Source of the DNA: Cenococcum geophilum
Lineage: Eukaryota
DNA: 64,000 nucleotides
NCBI GenBank assembly: GCA_050273025.1
Contig: CP158636.1
Location: 2,542,001-2,606,000, forward strand
Reading direction: 5' to 3'
Made by a program: the position numbers and the translations under genes. Below, piece after piece: positions 39,934-53,799 of the stretch. The notes below the pieces were generated by a model. That model saw only the letters and a program-made list of their open reading frames with translations, made no database searches and had not been told where the DNA came from. The first letter of the stretch is position 1. The number at the start of each line of letters is the position of its first letter.

Positions 39934-42900
39934 TATAACGGAACCTTGTAGCAAGAACTACAATAGGCTCGTTATTGGGCTAGGTGTATAGGAAATGTAA
40001 GTACAAAAGTCAATAACGTAATAATAACTAGTGGAGTGGTTGCCTAATAGATTAACTTTAATTATATTCTAAGAATTACTATAAAGAAGAAACTATCTAG
40101 GTAGGGACTAAGGGTCCTTAAATATATAACCGTACTCCTATAAAATCCTTCTTATATATAATATACGTCTTATATATAAGGTACGTAAGTTCCTCTTATT
40201 CCTCTTATTTAATACGTAGCATATTATATAACCTTAGTTACTATTCCTCGTTATATAGTTCTATCGGCTCCATCCTAAACCGTACCTAAATTAACTAATT
40301 AGCTTCTTCTGTTTCTTTCCTAAGTAGTTATAATATTATACTTAAAGCGTCCGTAATACTATCTCCCTCCTCTTTATCTTTGTCCTTAAAGATTTAAAAT
40401 ATCTCTAAGTTATTTACTAAAGGTATAATATCCGTCTAATTAATTTGGTTAATATTATTACTTATTATACCTAAAGCAATTTCTTCTTCACACGCCCAAC
40501 GTCGTGCTCGCACTATTACTGTAATATTATCTCTTAGTAAGATTATACTATCTCCATATTCTCGTTATTTAAAAGAGGGGTTAGTTTATATTACGTTGGC
40601 GAACCTATCTTTATAATAACCGTCCTTTTACTCGGAGTATACTAAAGCAAATATTTATTCGTCCTATAACGTTTACTCTACTTCTAATACTAAATATACG
40701 CGACCTATTACTCTTAATAGTTGTCTAGTTCCCTAATTAATTTATTTTAGGGTCTCGTATTTAATCTACTGCTGCGCGGCTAGATAGTAAACTATCGCAA
40801 GCCCTTGCTAAGTTAGAATATTCCCGTAACGCGGAATAGAAGGCCCTAGATACTTAAATTGCGGCATCTACTCATCTGCTTTATCTTAAGAAGGTTTATA
40901 AGAAGGTTTATTTTAAAAAGTAGAAACTTATAAAATAAGGTTTATAGGAACTAGGTAATAAAAGAACGGATTCTCCTCTAATAGAGAAGGAAATAGATCT
41001 AAGTAGTTCGGTAACTACTCTTCTTAGGTCCCCCTTAGGTAACTTATTCTTTAGCAATCCTTCTTTATTAATACTGCCTAACCTAATCTCTTTTAATACT
41101 CCTATACCTTTCCTATAGCGTTTTTTAAATTCTCTAGTAGCTCCTAGGTAGTCTTAGTATAGCCTATCTACTTAACCTTATACTATATTTCGTTGTTAAT
41201 GTCCTTATAATTAACAATCTTCGAAACTTGTTATTTGTCTTCTTTTTATCCTCTATATATATCTACTTTATAAACCGGTGGCTTAATATTCCTATATACT
41301 AGCTCTAGTATTATAATATACTATATAGGGTAGATCTTTATTTTAGCTAGTAGGTTTAACTTAAATATAACTAGTGAAATCCTTTACGTAATTTTAAAAG
41401 GTCCTAGTCTAACGTAGTCTAATTTCTTACTTAGTTGTTAACTCTTGAAATTTTTATATAGTAGCTATACTTTATCTCCCTCCTTAAGATCTGGTCCCTT
41501 AGATCTCTTAGCATTATAGTACTTTTTTATTCTCTGCTATACTACCTTAGCTATCTCTATAAGGTCTATATAAAGATTTATTAAATCCTTTATTCTTTCT
41601 TTAGCTATACTACTTATTTTCTTTACTTACCGTAGTAATAATAATGTTCTTAGCTTATATCCATAATTTGCCTTAAATAATAATATGCCTATTTCTTTTT
41701 AAGGTGTTATATTATATATAAACTGTGTAACTGGTAATAGTAATACCTAATTATTCTATGCATAATTAATATAATGCCTTAGATATTATTCTAGTGTCTA
41801 GTTTAATCTTTCTATTTAACTATCTATTTATAGATAATATACGGTAGAAGTTACTACTTAAACTCCTTACTCCGCTAAGAACACTTCCTAGAATACTACT
41901 ATAAATCTTAGATCTCTATCTAATATAATCTTACTTAGTACTTTATATTTTGTAAATACTTCTTTAACATAAATTTTAGTAACATCTTCCGCTAAGATTT
42001 CTTCTATATATGCTATAAAGTATCCCCACTTTATAAGCTTATCTACTATTACTAAGATCGCGTTATAATCTTGTCTGGTAATAGGGTCTTTTAATTTTAG
42101 CAACTTAATAATAAAGTCCTATAATATAACCTCCTATAGTCTCTCTAGTATTTTAATAGGTTATAGCCCTCTATATAGCTTATGCCTCGTTAGTTTATTC
42201 CTTTAGTAATCTAAATATTCCTTTATAACTTTTCTGGCTATCTTTTAAATCCCGTCAATAATATATTCCTCTTAGAGTCTTAATACTAAGCCCGTAGCCC
42301 TATTGTGTCCTTAAGTTAGTCCCTTATAAAAGTCTTCCATAAACTACTCTGCTATACTTCTTAGGATATACTTTACTTCTTAATTTTTATATATATCCGT
42401 CTATAGATCTTCTAGCTATACTTCTAGAATTCTTTATACCTAAAAGCTTTCTAGTATCTTGTAGACTTTCTTTAGTTTATTATCTTCTTAAGTTGCTGTA
42501 ATTTTTGGATAATTATACCTAATTAATCTGTCTGTATCTTTTCGCAATAAAGCCCCTAATGGCTTTCCCTTATTTTGTAGTTTAGCTTTACGGCTTAGAG
42601 TATCTACCCGCGTATTATCTGTACCTTTAGTATACTAAATCTTAAAATGGTATTCTGTAAGTATTTCTACCCATCTAACCTATCTTTAGTTAAGTTCCTT
42701 TATTATTAGGAATCCTGTTAGGTTTTTATAATCTATCTTAACTATAAATGGTTTCTCTATACCTTATAAGAATGCCCTCTATTTCTTTAATACTATAACT
42801 ATACCTAATAACTCCTTATTATAGATGTTATAGTTTAACTCTAGTAGTGTTATCTTCCGACTGTAGTATGCTACTAGGTGCTATCTGTCTTAATGCCTTT

Positions 42901-45900
42901 ATATAAAGTACGCCCCTAGTATATAGTCTAATACATCTATCTCTATAACCGTCTCTAGTCCTAATTAATAGATTTTAAAAACTAGCTCCTAGGTAAACAA
43001 CTCTTTAACTTTCTTAAAGAGTTCTCTTTACTCCTCTCCCTATGCCTATAGTTCTTCTTTCTTTATTAATCGCGTAAATGGTTTAATATCCTTTAACCAC
43101 TATGCTATAAACCTTCTATAGTAATTACAAAACCCTAGGAACGATTTTAACTGTATAATATTCTCTAGTTCCTACCAATTTACTATAGCCTTAATCTTCT
43201 TTAGATCTATACTAAGTTAGCCTAGTTTAATAATAAATCCTACAAAATTGGTCTTCCTAATAAAGAACTCGTATTTCTTAATTGCTACTAGCATCTATTC
43301 TTTTTATAATCTCTTTAAAACCTATTTAACGTATTCCCTATGTTCTTCCTTAGTTATTAAGTAGATAATAATATCGTTGAGATATGCTATAATAAATTTA
43401 TCTAAGTATTTTCCTAATATATTGTTAATAAGTTTCTAGAACATTACTAGTGCGTTTATAAGTCCGAATTGTATAACTAATAGTTTATATAGTCCTTCCT
43501 TTAACCTAAAGGCTGCCTTTTATTTATCGCCTTCCTTAATCCTAATCTAATAGTACGCCTATCTTAGATCTATCTTTATAAAGATTTGCGTATTACCTAT
43601 CCTATCTTAGATTTCGCTAATTAAGGGTAAAGGATACCTATCCTTCCTAGTAATACTATTTAACTGTTTATAGTTAATACACAGCCTTAGTTTACTATTT
43701 TTCTTTAGTATAAATAGTACTAGATAACCTACTAATAATTGCGATGGTCTAATATATCCTTTTTATAGATTTTCCTAGATAAACTCTTTTAACGCTCTAC
43801 CTTCTTCTTTAGTAAGCTTATAGATTAGAAAGAACCTTAGACTTATTCCTGGTTTTAATTCTATTTTATAGTCCTATATTGTATATTCTAACAGCTTTTT
43901 ACTTTCCGGTGACCATAGTTTTTTGCTATACTTATAGTATCTCTTTAGTATATAACTTAGTCCTTTTTCTATTTCTTTATAGGTTGCTCCTACTTAGTAC
44001 CATACTAACTTAGCTTATTATCGCATCTTATAGTATTAAGTATCTCTAATATTGACTTAACCTATAATCCAATTAATCCTTAGATTATATTCCTGTAACT
44101 AAGGTATACTTAATACTGCCTTATCCCGTCCCAATGGTAGGATATTAAAAGACATCTTAATTTGTCTTCCTTTAATAGTTATCTAAATAGGTCCTATTTT
44201 AAGATTGATAATCCCTCCTCTATAGGTTATTAGATCCCCTGAAATTGTAACTAATAGGTAAGATTACTCCTTTTATCTATAAGGTAGTCCTATTCTCTTA
44301 ACTACTGCTAGTAAGATATAGTTTCGCGTTACTCTACTATTTATTAGCGCTTTAAACTACTAATCTTACTAATTAATTTATAAATTTAGGTATTGTCCTT
44401 AAATTCCTTTAAGGGTTTAAGGCTCTACTACTAGCTCCCTTTAGTTTTATAGGCCTCTACTTTTCCTAACTATTAGCTGCTTAATCCTAGTATACTTAGC
44501 TTACTCTTTAGCTAATGCCTAGTTCGCTTTTTATCTTTAATATACTATAGACATGTGTTTTCTAGGCATTTCTACCACTATTATCCGTCTAAGTATTCTT
44601 CCGTAAGGAATCTTCCTAGTTAAAGTACTATACTTCCTTCCTCTTAGACCTCTACTAGATGCCATCTATATATATATTTAGCATTTCTATACTATTACTT
44701 ATCCGTTATCTAGTGCATTCTTATAGGGTATTTTTAATTCTTTTCTTTTGGATTCTTATATATTTTGTATATATCGTCTACGCACGCAATCTATAATAAC
44801 GTATAGTGTGCTAGGTGCTTTAGGTTAACTCTTAGCTTATCTTTATTCCTAAGTTTAAACCTTTATTATGCTAATCTAAATATTATAACTTTATTTATAG
44901 GTACTAAGATGCGTCTCTTACTTCTTTAGTCCTCTAAACGTTCCTCTAGATCCTTTAACGTTATAATTAAGGCTCCTTTAATATACGTTATGGCCTTTTT
45001 TATAATTAGGTGGTCCTAAATAACTTTTTTATTCAACTATATATAGAAATCTTCCTACTTATTATTGTGCCTTTGCCTATACTACTTTTAGTATAGCTAC
45101 TAAAGTGTATACGGTCTGTCCGTAAGGAAGTATCTTCTTATTACTACGTTGTGATAGCCCTTTATATGTCGTTCTTTGAACCTAGTTAGAATCCTTAGAT
45201 CCTCTTTATTTTCCAGTTTAGTAAGCCACTTAGCTCTTAGTATACCTGCTCTTAGCCTATTAGTAATCCTTTATACTAATACTCTATCCTTTATACGTCC
45301 TAATATACTAGATCTCTTATCTAGTTTCTGTTCTTGCTATACAATAATTCTTTACCTAAACTCTTCTATAGTTTCTTTTAGTTTGCGCCTTACGCTCTAA
45401 TTCTTAAAGTTATCTTGCTTCTTAATCCTGGTATTAAACTTTTAATCTTTAGGCTAAATACTACGTTCCCCTGGTAAGTCTTCTAGGTCTATATATCTGT
45501 CTCTTAGTCTAACTACTATTTGTATTATAGATTCTCTAATTTATAAAGAAGCTTCTTACCTCTTACCTATAGGTGTCCTTATTTATACTCCGAAATCTTG
45601 GTCCCTTAGATTCTTTAATCCTAAGCTTGCTTCTAACTTAAGCTTAGCTCTCGCCTTAGTTTAACTAGGCGTCCGTAGTGTTCTTATCTTGTCTTAAGAG
45701 TTTTAAATCTTACTTATCTTGTCTTAAGAGTCTTATATCTATGGGAAACTTTATCCTAAGCTTATTTATATGTTTCTGAACTAAGCTACTACCCTACTCT
45801 ATCGGTTTTTGTCCGTTATAGGTCCTAGGGTATACCTCATTTTATCTTAAGAATCTTAGTTATCTCTTATCTTATCTTAAAAATCTTAAGCCTTTAGCCT

Positions 45901-47884
45901 TTTGCCTTTATTAAGTGCCGAAGTGGTTTACTATTCTACTTCTCTTACGTCTTATAAAGCAATAGATATCATATCTAGTGGGGTTTTAATCCCTACTAAT
46001 GTTTCCTATTTTATAGTGGAATTATCCTCTATTTTTGGTATAATATCTCTAAGGTCTGCTCGCTCCTAGTAAGCGGCCCTTATTACCTTATCGTTACGGA
46101 ATATTTCGCTTAGGTCGAATTTATTATCCTTAATATCTAATCTGCAAACTAGTTCGTTGGTTCCTCTATATCCTATAGGTGCTAGCTCTTATAGCTAATA
46201 GCTTACGCTATACTTAGCGTCTTTATAAATTCGGCATGCGTTATTATAACAAAACGTAAAACTTCTAATTAAATACTCTTTTATTCCTTATAGTATATTA
46301 TTATCCCTCTATACGTATATATTGTCTGCTAGTCTTATACCTTTTACTATATAGTAATTCTGCCTACTTCTACAGTCTCTGATATAATAACCCTATTTTC
46401 CGCAATTTATATAAGCTCCTTCTTTAAACTATTTCTCTTGCTATAGAGTCCGCCTAAATATCTTCTGCTATTGAGATCCCTGATTTAGCCTTTACTTCTT
46501 AGACCTTTAATTACTTAATCCTTGTCCTCTAGGTTTCCATAGTTTACTCCATTTTTTATAGGCTTCTTTAGTACTACTTAGGTCTATTAGCTCTACGCCA
46601 TACTATAGTTTCTAACTTGGCTTTTATTATTACGTACTTTGCGCCTTATATAACTATAGAACTCTATCCTAGCCTCTCTTAGCCTATTCCCTTTAGTAGA
46701 TCTAATTATTAATCTTAATTGCCTAATCTATTAGTTCCCTTAGGGTATCCGCATCTTCTATTAAAATAATTACGTCCTAAACTTTAGCCTTAAGTCCCTA
46801 TTTATACTATACTATAAGCGCCCTATTATTCTACTCTACTTATATTACTAGCGTCTAGAACTATATTATATACTTAATTGCTAAAGTTTATTACATAAGG
46901 TTCTGGAGTTTTCTTTCCACTATAGTTATTTCTTCTAGGTCTCTAAACATCTATATAAGTCGTTCTGCGAATCCTTCCTAACTTAAGAATATAAATTGCA
47001 TATCTTAGTTAGTGGTCGTCATTCTATTTGCCTATATCTCCATAAGATAAGGTTTAAACTACTTAAGTGCTTTTCCTAATAAGAATAGTCCTGCATAGGC
47101 TATCCGATCCATAGGTATAGGTAACTTTACTCCCTCCTATAAGACCTTAAAATGCATTTGCGTAAGGAATTCTTTAAGCTTTAACCTCTCTCCTATAAAT
47201 CTCTCAATTAATAGTAGCTTAATCTTTGCTGCTCCTATCCCGTTAAGTCTTTCTTCCAACACTATATTATTAGCTATTAACTAGTTAACTATTTCCTATA
47301 GCTGTTTAACCATCACAGGTTGCTATAAGTTAGTATCTACTATACTAGTATTACCTTCTGTCCTTAAAGTAGTTACTGCCGTCAATAGCATCATAATGGC
47401 TGCTTTTGGTGGCATATTATTCGACTTCTTATATTAATACCGTAACTAGGTAGTAATTATATAACAGAACCTTATAGCAAGAACTACAATAGGCTCGTTA
47501 TTAGGCTAGGTGTGTAGGAAATATAAGTATAAAAGTCAACAACGTAATAATAACTGGTGGAGTAGTTGCCCAACAGATTAACTCTAATTGTATTCTAAGA
47601 ATCACTATAAAGAAGGAACTATCTAGGTAGGGACTAAGGGTCCTTAAATATATAACCATACTCCTATAAAATCCTTCTTATACGTAATATACGTCTTATA
47701 TATAAGGTACGTAAGTTCCTCTTATTCCTTTTGTTTAATACGTAGCACATTATATAACCTCGGTTACTATTCCTCGTCATATAGTTCTATTGGCTCCATC
47801 CTGGACCGTGCCTAAATTAACTAACTAGCTTCTTCCGTCTCTTTCCCAAGTAGTCGTAATATTATACTTAAAGCGTCCGTAACA
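39934..47884 (-). mobile_element. Ty3/gypsy chromovirus copy J, complete, inverted, inside copia I
   Basis: 425-bp LTRs at 39934-40358 and 47460-47884; TSD CAACC/TAACC (CGACC at the empty site in C ~5347); reverse complement of the H organisation. Confidence 0.93.
40467..41120 (+). pseudogene. Antisense Zn2Cys6-like/coiled-coil gene of J
   Basis: IPKAISSSHAQRRARTITVILSLSKIILSPYSRYLKEGLVY...FYSEYTKAN...SYN; CTAAT branch site and TTAG acceptor at ~40732-40750. Confidence 0.6.
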
Positions 47885-50800
47885 TAACCTCTACCGCGTT
47901 ATAGTTACGGCACATCTACTACAATTATATTAGGATCACAGTCGCCTTCTAGGGTACATTAATTATAGTTCTTCTCTAGGGCATCTTCTAGGGTATCTTC
48001 TAGGGCATCCTATAAAGGCTTAGAACTATTATCTTTATAATAGGGCCTAATAACGGTTAAACGGAATTAAGTAGGTCTATAGGGCATCTAAAGAGTATAA
48101 GTTTAACTATTAATTATAATAAGTTTATATAGGCCTAACCATCCTCCCTTTTTATATTATACCTATACTTTAGATTAGAGTGGCAGATTAAGCATAATTA
48201 AGGTATTTAGGCCATTTCTTATTTCTAGTACGTTATTAACCTGGCGCGTAGCGTATAAATATTATACCTCCTTTATTACTTTATAAATAGCCTTAGCTTA
48301 TTACATAATAAAGGGAGATAGTAGAGAATTATTAGTTATTTAAAGGTAGGCGCTAAAGACTAGTAACGTAGGTATAAGCCCATCTAGGCCAGCGGAATTG
48401 TTAACGGCCTTAATAGCTATCTATAAGATAATTTCTTCGCTAGCGTCCTCTAGTTCTAAAGAAATAATCTTATATACTTAGCGTAATAGCGTATAGTATC
48501 GCTCTACTTTTTTAATACTATTATATGCCTTAACAGGGACTTCCTTAACCTTAATTACTATTACTTTTACCTATTATTAAAACTCTATAGATAAGAAGTT
48601 CTTTTCTATATTATAAATAATTTAATTAGGGGGTTCTAGGTAGACATTAATCTAGTATAACTAAAGGGTATTCTATATATTCTTAGCTAATATATCCCTT
48701 AAGAAACGTGCGGCTTAAAAGAAGGTTAATAAGTTAATAGCTTAGAGGACTGGCTTGCCGTTAAGATATATAACATTAATAATAATATAGAAGTTAAAGT
48801 CGTAGTTATTTTTAAGGGTAAACTTAAATCGGCCAGGGGACTTCTAGTTTATTTAGTAGTAATAGCAGTACTTTATAAGATGCTTAATTGCCTTAACCTT
48901 AACTTTATAACCTGCTTATTAAAAAACCCTAAGCAGTTAGTAAACAGATAGGTGGCCAAAATAACGGTATAGTTGACGTAGCTCTAACTTGGTTAAGTAA
49001 CTTTAAGCAACGCTCCTTTCTAGTTATTAGAGGAGTAACTAAGGGTAACCCTACTTACATACAATGGGCACCCAATTATCTCCCTAAATAAGTATATTCT
49101 TAAGGTTATTAAGCTTAACGCCTAATTTATCTATATCTTAGATATAGAATAGGAATGGGGTATTTATGGGAATAATATAGAAGGTAATACAGCCTAATAG
49201 GGTTTAGACCTTAATTATGCTAAGAGAAATTATAGTACCCTTACTAAAGCGAATTATATATTAGCCTGCCGTTAATTAGTTAATTTAAATAGAGCTATTA
49301 AGCTGCTAAAGAGCTCAAACTTAAGATTCTCCTACTATAGATACTCCTATAGCTCTAGTATCTAGCATAATACCATAGAAGACGTTTGCTGAGTATCTGT
49401 CGTTAAAGGAGAACGCGGAACTTTTCTTTAGCTTATTAAAGATATCTAACTTTATAACAGAATAGAACATAGATTAGTTATTAAGGATAGCGATGGTTTA
49501 TATGCCATTTACCTTACTATATTTAGTAAAGTATTAGTTAGGAGAGTAGTTCTTAATATCTATATCTATAAGGAGCTGTTTAGCCTTATTAACCTTATCC
49601 TTAAGGTCTTCTATACCTTTATATTAGGCCAGAAAGCTTTAAAAGTAGGCTGTAGTAACCTTATAATTTCTAATATTTCTTATACTCTGTCGGAACTTAT
49701 TATATGCCTCCTTTCGCTTATTAAGAGAGTGTCTATTTAACCAGTAATTTAGCTTCTTATAAACGTAGCACTTTTTCTAACAGTTATTCCGAAATAAACC
49801 TCCATAAGGACCTCTATAATTGCTTTATAGTTAATGTTAATTATACCCTCTATCGTATCCCCTACTTCGGCCACTATATATTTAATTAGTTTAGTTATAA
49901 TTATATTAGTCTAGAATCCCAGTTTAAATAGGGTTTTTAGTATAGAATTGTTGGGGTTCTTATGTTTATATTATAGTGCCTATAGCGGAGCGTAGTTTAG
50001 TATATACTTCTTTAAATATATCTACAGGTTTATATAGCGCTAAGTTATACTTAGGAATGCTATAGTATACTAAGATAACCTAGTCCCTTAGACTGTTCTT
50101 ATTTTAGTAGGTTTTAGTAAAACCACATTAGATTTTCTAGAGTTTATTAAAAAGAAGTTAAAGATACTTTAGGCGAGTCGTTATTAAGTTAGAAGCGATA
50201 ACTCTCTAGAATATAGTCTCCCGCCATTTAGATATATAGAGTTAGCAGTTCTTATTAGTTTTAAAGTAGGCTCTAGTTAGCTAAAGCATTATATTAAAGC
50301 TATAGTTTTTACCTATAATATAGTTATAATAGAATATTACCGCCCGTCCCTTTAATATAATAGAGAAAGTATAATGGAACTAATGGCGTTAAATTCCGAT
50401 TTTGTTGCAGCAGTTATAAAAGACCTATAGTTTTGCTCTAAGTATATCGTATAATTCTCCTCCAAACTTCTTCTCTTCGTCTAAATATACCTTTATTAAA
50501 TTCGTGACTTCTTAAAATAGAGGCTTATCGGTTGGCTAGGATAGAGGAGTTAGAGATAGTAAAGGTAGAGGAAGAGCACTTCTAGGTAGGAGAGTACCTT
50601 TAGGTAGGAGAGTAGCGTTTTAGGGGTTTTGTTTTAAATTAAAGTTACCTTCTAAAGAATATAGGTTGGTTTTAGGTTTCCGTAGTTAATGTATAATCTT
50701 AGCTTCCGTCTATACTAGTTCTTTTATACTAGTAAAAACAGCGTAAATATTACTAGTAATTGGGTTACTATCCTTAGTAACATACACCCTATTCCTTTAG

Positions 50801-51714
50801 AGGGAGTCTTAAAAATCCTAAATAATATTAATATTGCTAAGTGCTTAGGTATCAGCAGTCTATCCTACAAAATCCTCCCTAAAGTATTCCTATAACTGTA
50901 AATCGGCGTAATAGCTATCTTGGTAGAATAGAATATAGTATAGGAGAAAGCCGTTAACTTATTTTGCGGTATAGGTTATTATATTAAAGGTAAATGCGTC
51001 CTAATCTTTATTAATAAGTTTCGCGTATATAGCTACCCCTAGTAGTAAGGAGTCTCTTTAGTTATTTAAAGTGGCCATAGTTATGTCTTTAGAGGAAGGG
51101 AATATTAGTAGTATAGGGATTATTATTTAGTACGCGTTTATAACGTATATTTGCGATTATAAGGCTTAGGACTAGTTCTAGCCTTAAATCGCGAAGACTT
51201 ATAAAGCATGTTGTTCTGTATAATGGACGTAAGAATCTATAATCTAGGGAAGGCTTAGGACTAGTTCTGGCCTTTAGATCCTTAGATTTGTAGAAGAATT
51301 TTATTTAAGGTTTAGGACCAGTTCTAACCTTAAAAGATAGCTTCCCTTAGCACGAGTAGCACTGGTATAGTGGCTTATTTCTTCTTAGTAAATACCTAGC
51401 TATTCTATGGCATAACTGTAAAGTTAACCACTAATTAATGTTGGACTTATAAGGGGATATCACATAGCTATGGTTCGTAGATAGTATAATAATTGTTCTT
51501 CTTCTTCTTAATTTATTCTTAAAGAAAGGGGTAAGGAACTTAAGGTTCCTTACTACGCTAGTGCCGCGGCGGCATGTAACGGCAACTTGCCGCACATAAC
51601 GGCAACTTGCTATACGTGGTGGCAATATACCTTATATAGTGACCACTTGCCTTTATTCCTAACAAATAGGCTATAATAAGACTACCTAGAAACTATTAAA
51701 GAACCTAAAGAACG

Positions 51715-52366
51715 CTATAGAAAAGGTATAGGAGTATTGGAAGAAAAAAGGTTAGGTAATATTAATAAAGGGAAATCGCCAAAGAATAAGTTACCTAAGG
51801 GGGACTTAGGAAGAGCGACTGCTAAACTACTTAGAGTTATTTCCTTCCCTATTAGAAGAGAATCCATTTTTTTATTACTAAGCTTTTATAAACCTTACTT
51901 TATAAGTTTCTACTCCTTAAAATAAACCTTTTTATAAACTTTCTTAAGACAAAGTAGATAGGTAGACGCTATAATATAAGTATCTAGGGTCTTCTATTCC
52001 GCATCCTAAAAACGCTTAAGCTCTATAAGGGCCTATACTAGGTCACTATTAAGCTTCGCAGCAGCGGATTAAACATAAAACCCTATAACAAATTACTTAG
52101 GGAACTTAGAGACTATTAAGAGTCATAAAACGCGTATACTTAGCGTTAGAAGTAGAGCGAATATCGCAAGATAATTAAACGTTTGCTTTAGTGCACTCTA
52201 AATAGGAAGAGGGTTATTAAAATAAAGGATTCGCTATCGCGATATATACTAACCCTACCTTTAAACAACAAGAACACGGAGACGGTATTATTTCACTAAG
52301 CGATAATATTACAGTAATAGTATGGGCACGACGTTGCGCGTATAAAGAAGAAGGTGCTTTAGGTAT
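51715..52366 (-). pseudogene. Antisense Zn2Cys6-like/coiled-coil gene of A (best-preserved cysteines)
   Basis: PSPCSCCLKVGLVYIAIANPLF**PSSYLECTKANV*LSCDIR: 4 of 6 Cys intact, the other two read TAT. Confidence 0.65.
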
Positions 52367-52429
52367 TATAAGTAACAATATTAACTAAATTAATTAGACG
52401 GATATTATACCTCTAATAAATAACTTAAA

Positions 52430-52554
52430 GATACTAGGTATCTTTAAGGATAAAGATACTAGGTATCTTTAAGGATAAAGATACTAGGTATCTTTAAGGA
52501 TAAAGATACTAGGTATCTTTAAGGATAAAAATACTAGGTATCTTTAAGGATAAA
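52430..52554. repeat. 5 x 25-bp tandem repeat GATACTAGGTATCTTTAAGGATAAA just upstream of the PPT of A
   Basis: Five near-identical units; single copy at the same site in B (~19092) and H (~32823). Confidence 0.92.
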
Positions 52555-52574
52555 GATAGAGAGGAGAGAGATGG

Positions 52575-52995
52575 TATTACGAACGCTTTAAGTACGATAT
52601 TATAACTACTTAGAGAGGAGTTAGAAGAAGCTAGTTGGTTAATATAAGTACGGTTTAGAATAGAATCCGTAGAACTATATAATAAGGAATAGTAGCTAAG
52701 GTTATATAACGTGCTATGTATTAAACGTAAGAAACAAGAGGAACTTACGTACCTTATATACTACACGTACATTATATATAAGGAGGATTTTATAGGAGTA
52801 CGGTTGTGTATTTAAGGACCCTTAGTCCCTACCTAGATAGTTCCTTCCTTATAGTAATTCTTAGAATATAATTAAAGTTAATCTATTAGGCAACCACTCT
52901 ACCAGTTATTATTACGTTGTTAACTTACTTGTAATACCTATATACCTAGCCTATTAACGAGTCCACCGTAGTTCCTACTATAAGGCTCCGTTACA
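52575..52995 (+). repeat. 3' LTR of gypsy A
   Basis: Follows PPT; ends CTCCGTTACA then TAAAC. Confidence 0.92.
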
Positions 52996-53000
52996 TAAAC

Positions 53001-53640
53001 TACGTATTTAGGTTGCCCTAAAGCAGCAATTATAATTAAGACTCCTTAGTAATTAACGTCCGTTTTACTACGCTTTAGACGTAATATTATATAGTCCTCT
53101 ATTAGCGTTATATCGTTTCTAGTATATTTTATAGCAAAAAAGGCGTAGCTATCTTTCTAAGCCTTAGTATAGGTGATCTCGCCTAAATAAAGGAATCCCG
53201 TAAAGGCTATAGTAATAGTAGCGTTAAAGTTAAGATCCTTAACGGATTAGGCATTTAGGGTAACTAATTAGGCAAGGATATCTTTAGTAATTAGTAATCT
53301 TTTAGCCATAGTAGAGGGATTTATAGATGTTACACCATCTAGGATCCTCTTAATAATAGAATTATTAAAGACGGAGGTGTTATAATTAGCGTTAATATAG
53401 TGGGATCGAATTACGGAGATATAGGCTTTAACTATAGTAGGCTTAATACAGCTTATTCCTGGACTAGTATTACTAAAAATCTATTAGGTAATCCATTCTC
53501 CCAGGTAATAGAGGGGCGCTAGGTACTTTACTACTCTATAAAGGTCGCAGTAGCCCTCCTAACTCTTAATTGCGGGACGGTATAAATCTCTTATTCTATT
53601 AGAGAGGCCGTGCTATAATAGTTAGCCAAAGTATTCTAAG
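53001..53640 (-). pseudogene. Tyrosine recombinase, N-terminal and middle part
   Basis: TTVKAYISVIRSHY...IIKRILDGV...AKRLLITKDILA...IAFTGFL...LRLKRSKTD. Confidence 0.8.
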
Positions 53641-53799
53641 GGGGCTTTTACCTTAATCCAGAAATTAGGTAGGGGGTCTTTAAGAGGGACTAGGTCTTTT
53701 ATTTTAGTGTTAGATTAAATATAATAAAGAAGCGTATAGTAATAGTAAATTAAAAGTATCCTAATACGGGTATAGTAATAATACCCTATCGCGATTAAA

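Larger units (their letters stand above)
37658..51664 (-). mobile_element. Ty1/copia element I (related to C), split by gypsy J
   Basis: 226-bp LTRs at 37658-37883 and 51439-51664; TSD AATAG; pol colinear with C (RH ORF 38389-38589 LPTIPIIVYTNLYSLY...KEKRLIINI). Confidence 0.92.
127..52995 (+). mobile_element. Ty3/gypsy chromovirus copy A (RIP-inactivated; ~8 kb net, expanded to 53 kb by nested insertions)
   Basis: Matching 421-bp LTRs at 127-547 and 52575-52995; TSD TAAAC at 122-126 and 52996-53000; internal pieces 548-1576, 24231-25270, 33289-37657 and 51665-52574 are colinear with uninterrupted copy H. Confidence 0.93.

Noticed and set aside
51431..51925. Short ORFs 51431-51625 and 51737-51925 (also 6912-7190, 8358-8540, 23137-23797)
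   Set aside because: Chance frames within LTRs or opposite decayed TE genes; no independent support
53001..53640. Starship captain or Crypton recombinase
   Set aside because: YR directly follows RT/RH and gag on the same strand, as in YR retrotransposons; no cargo genes seen
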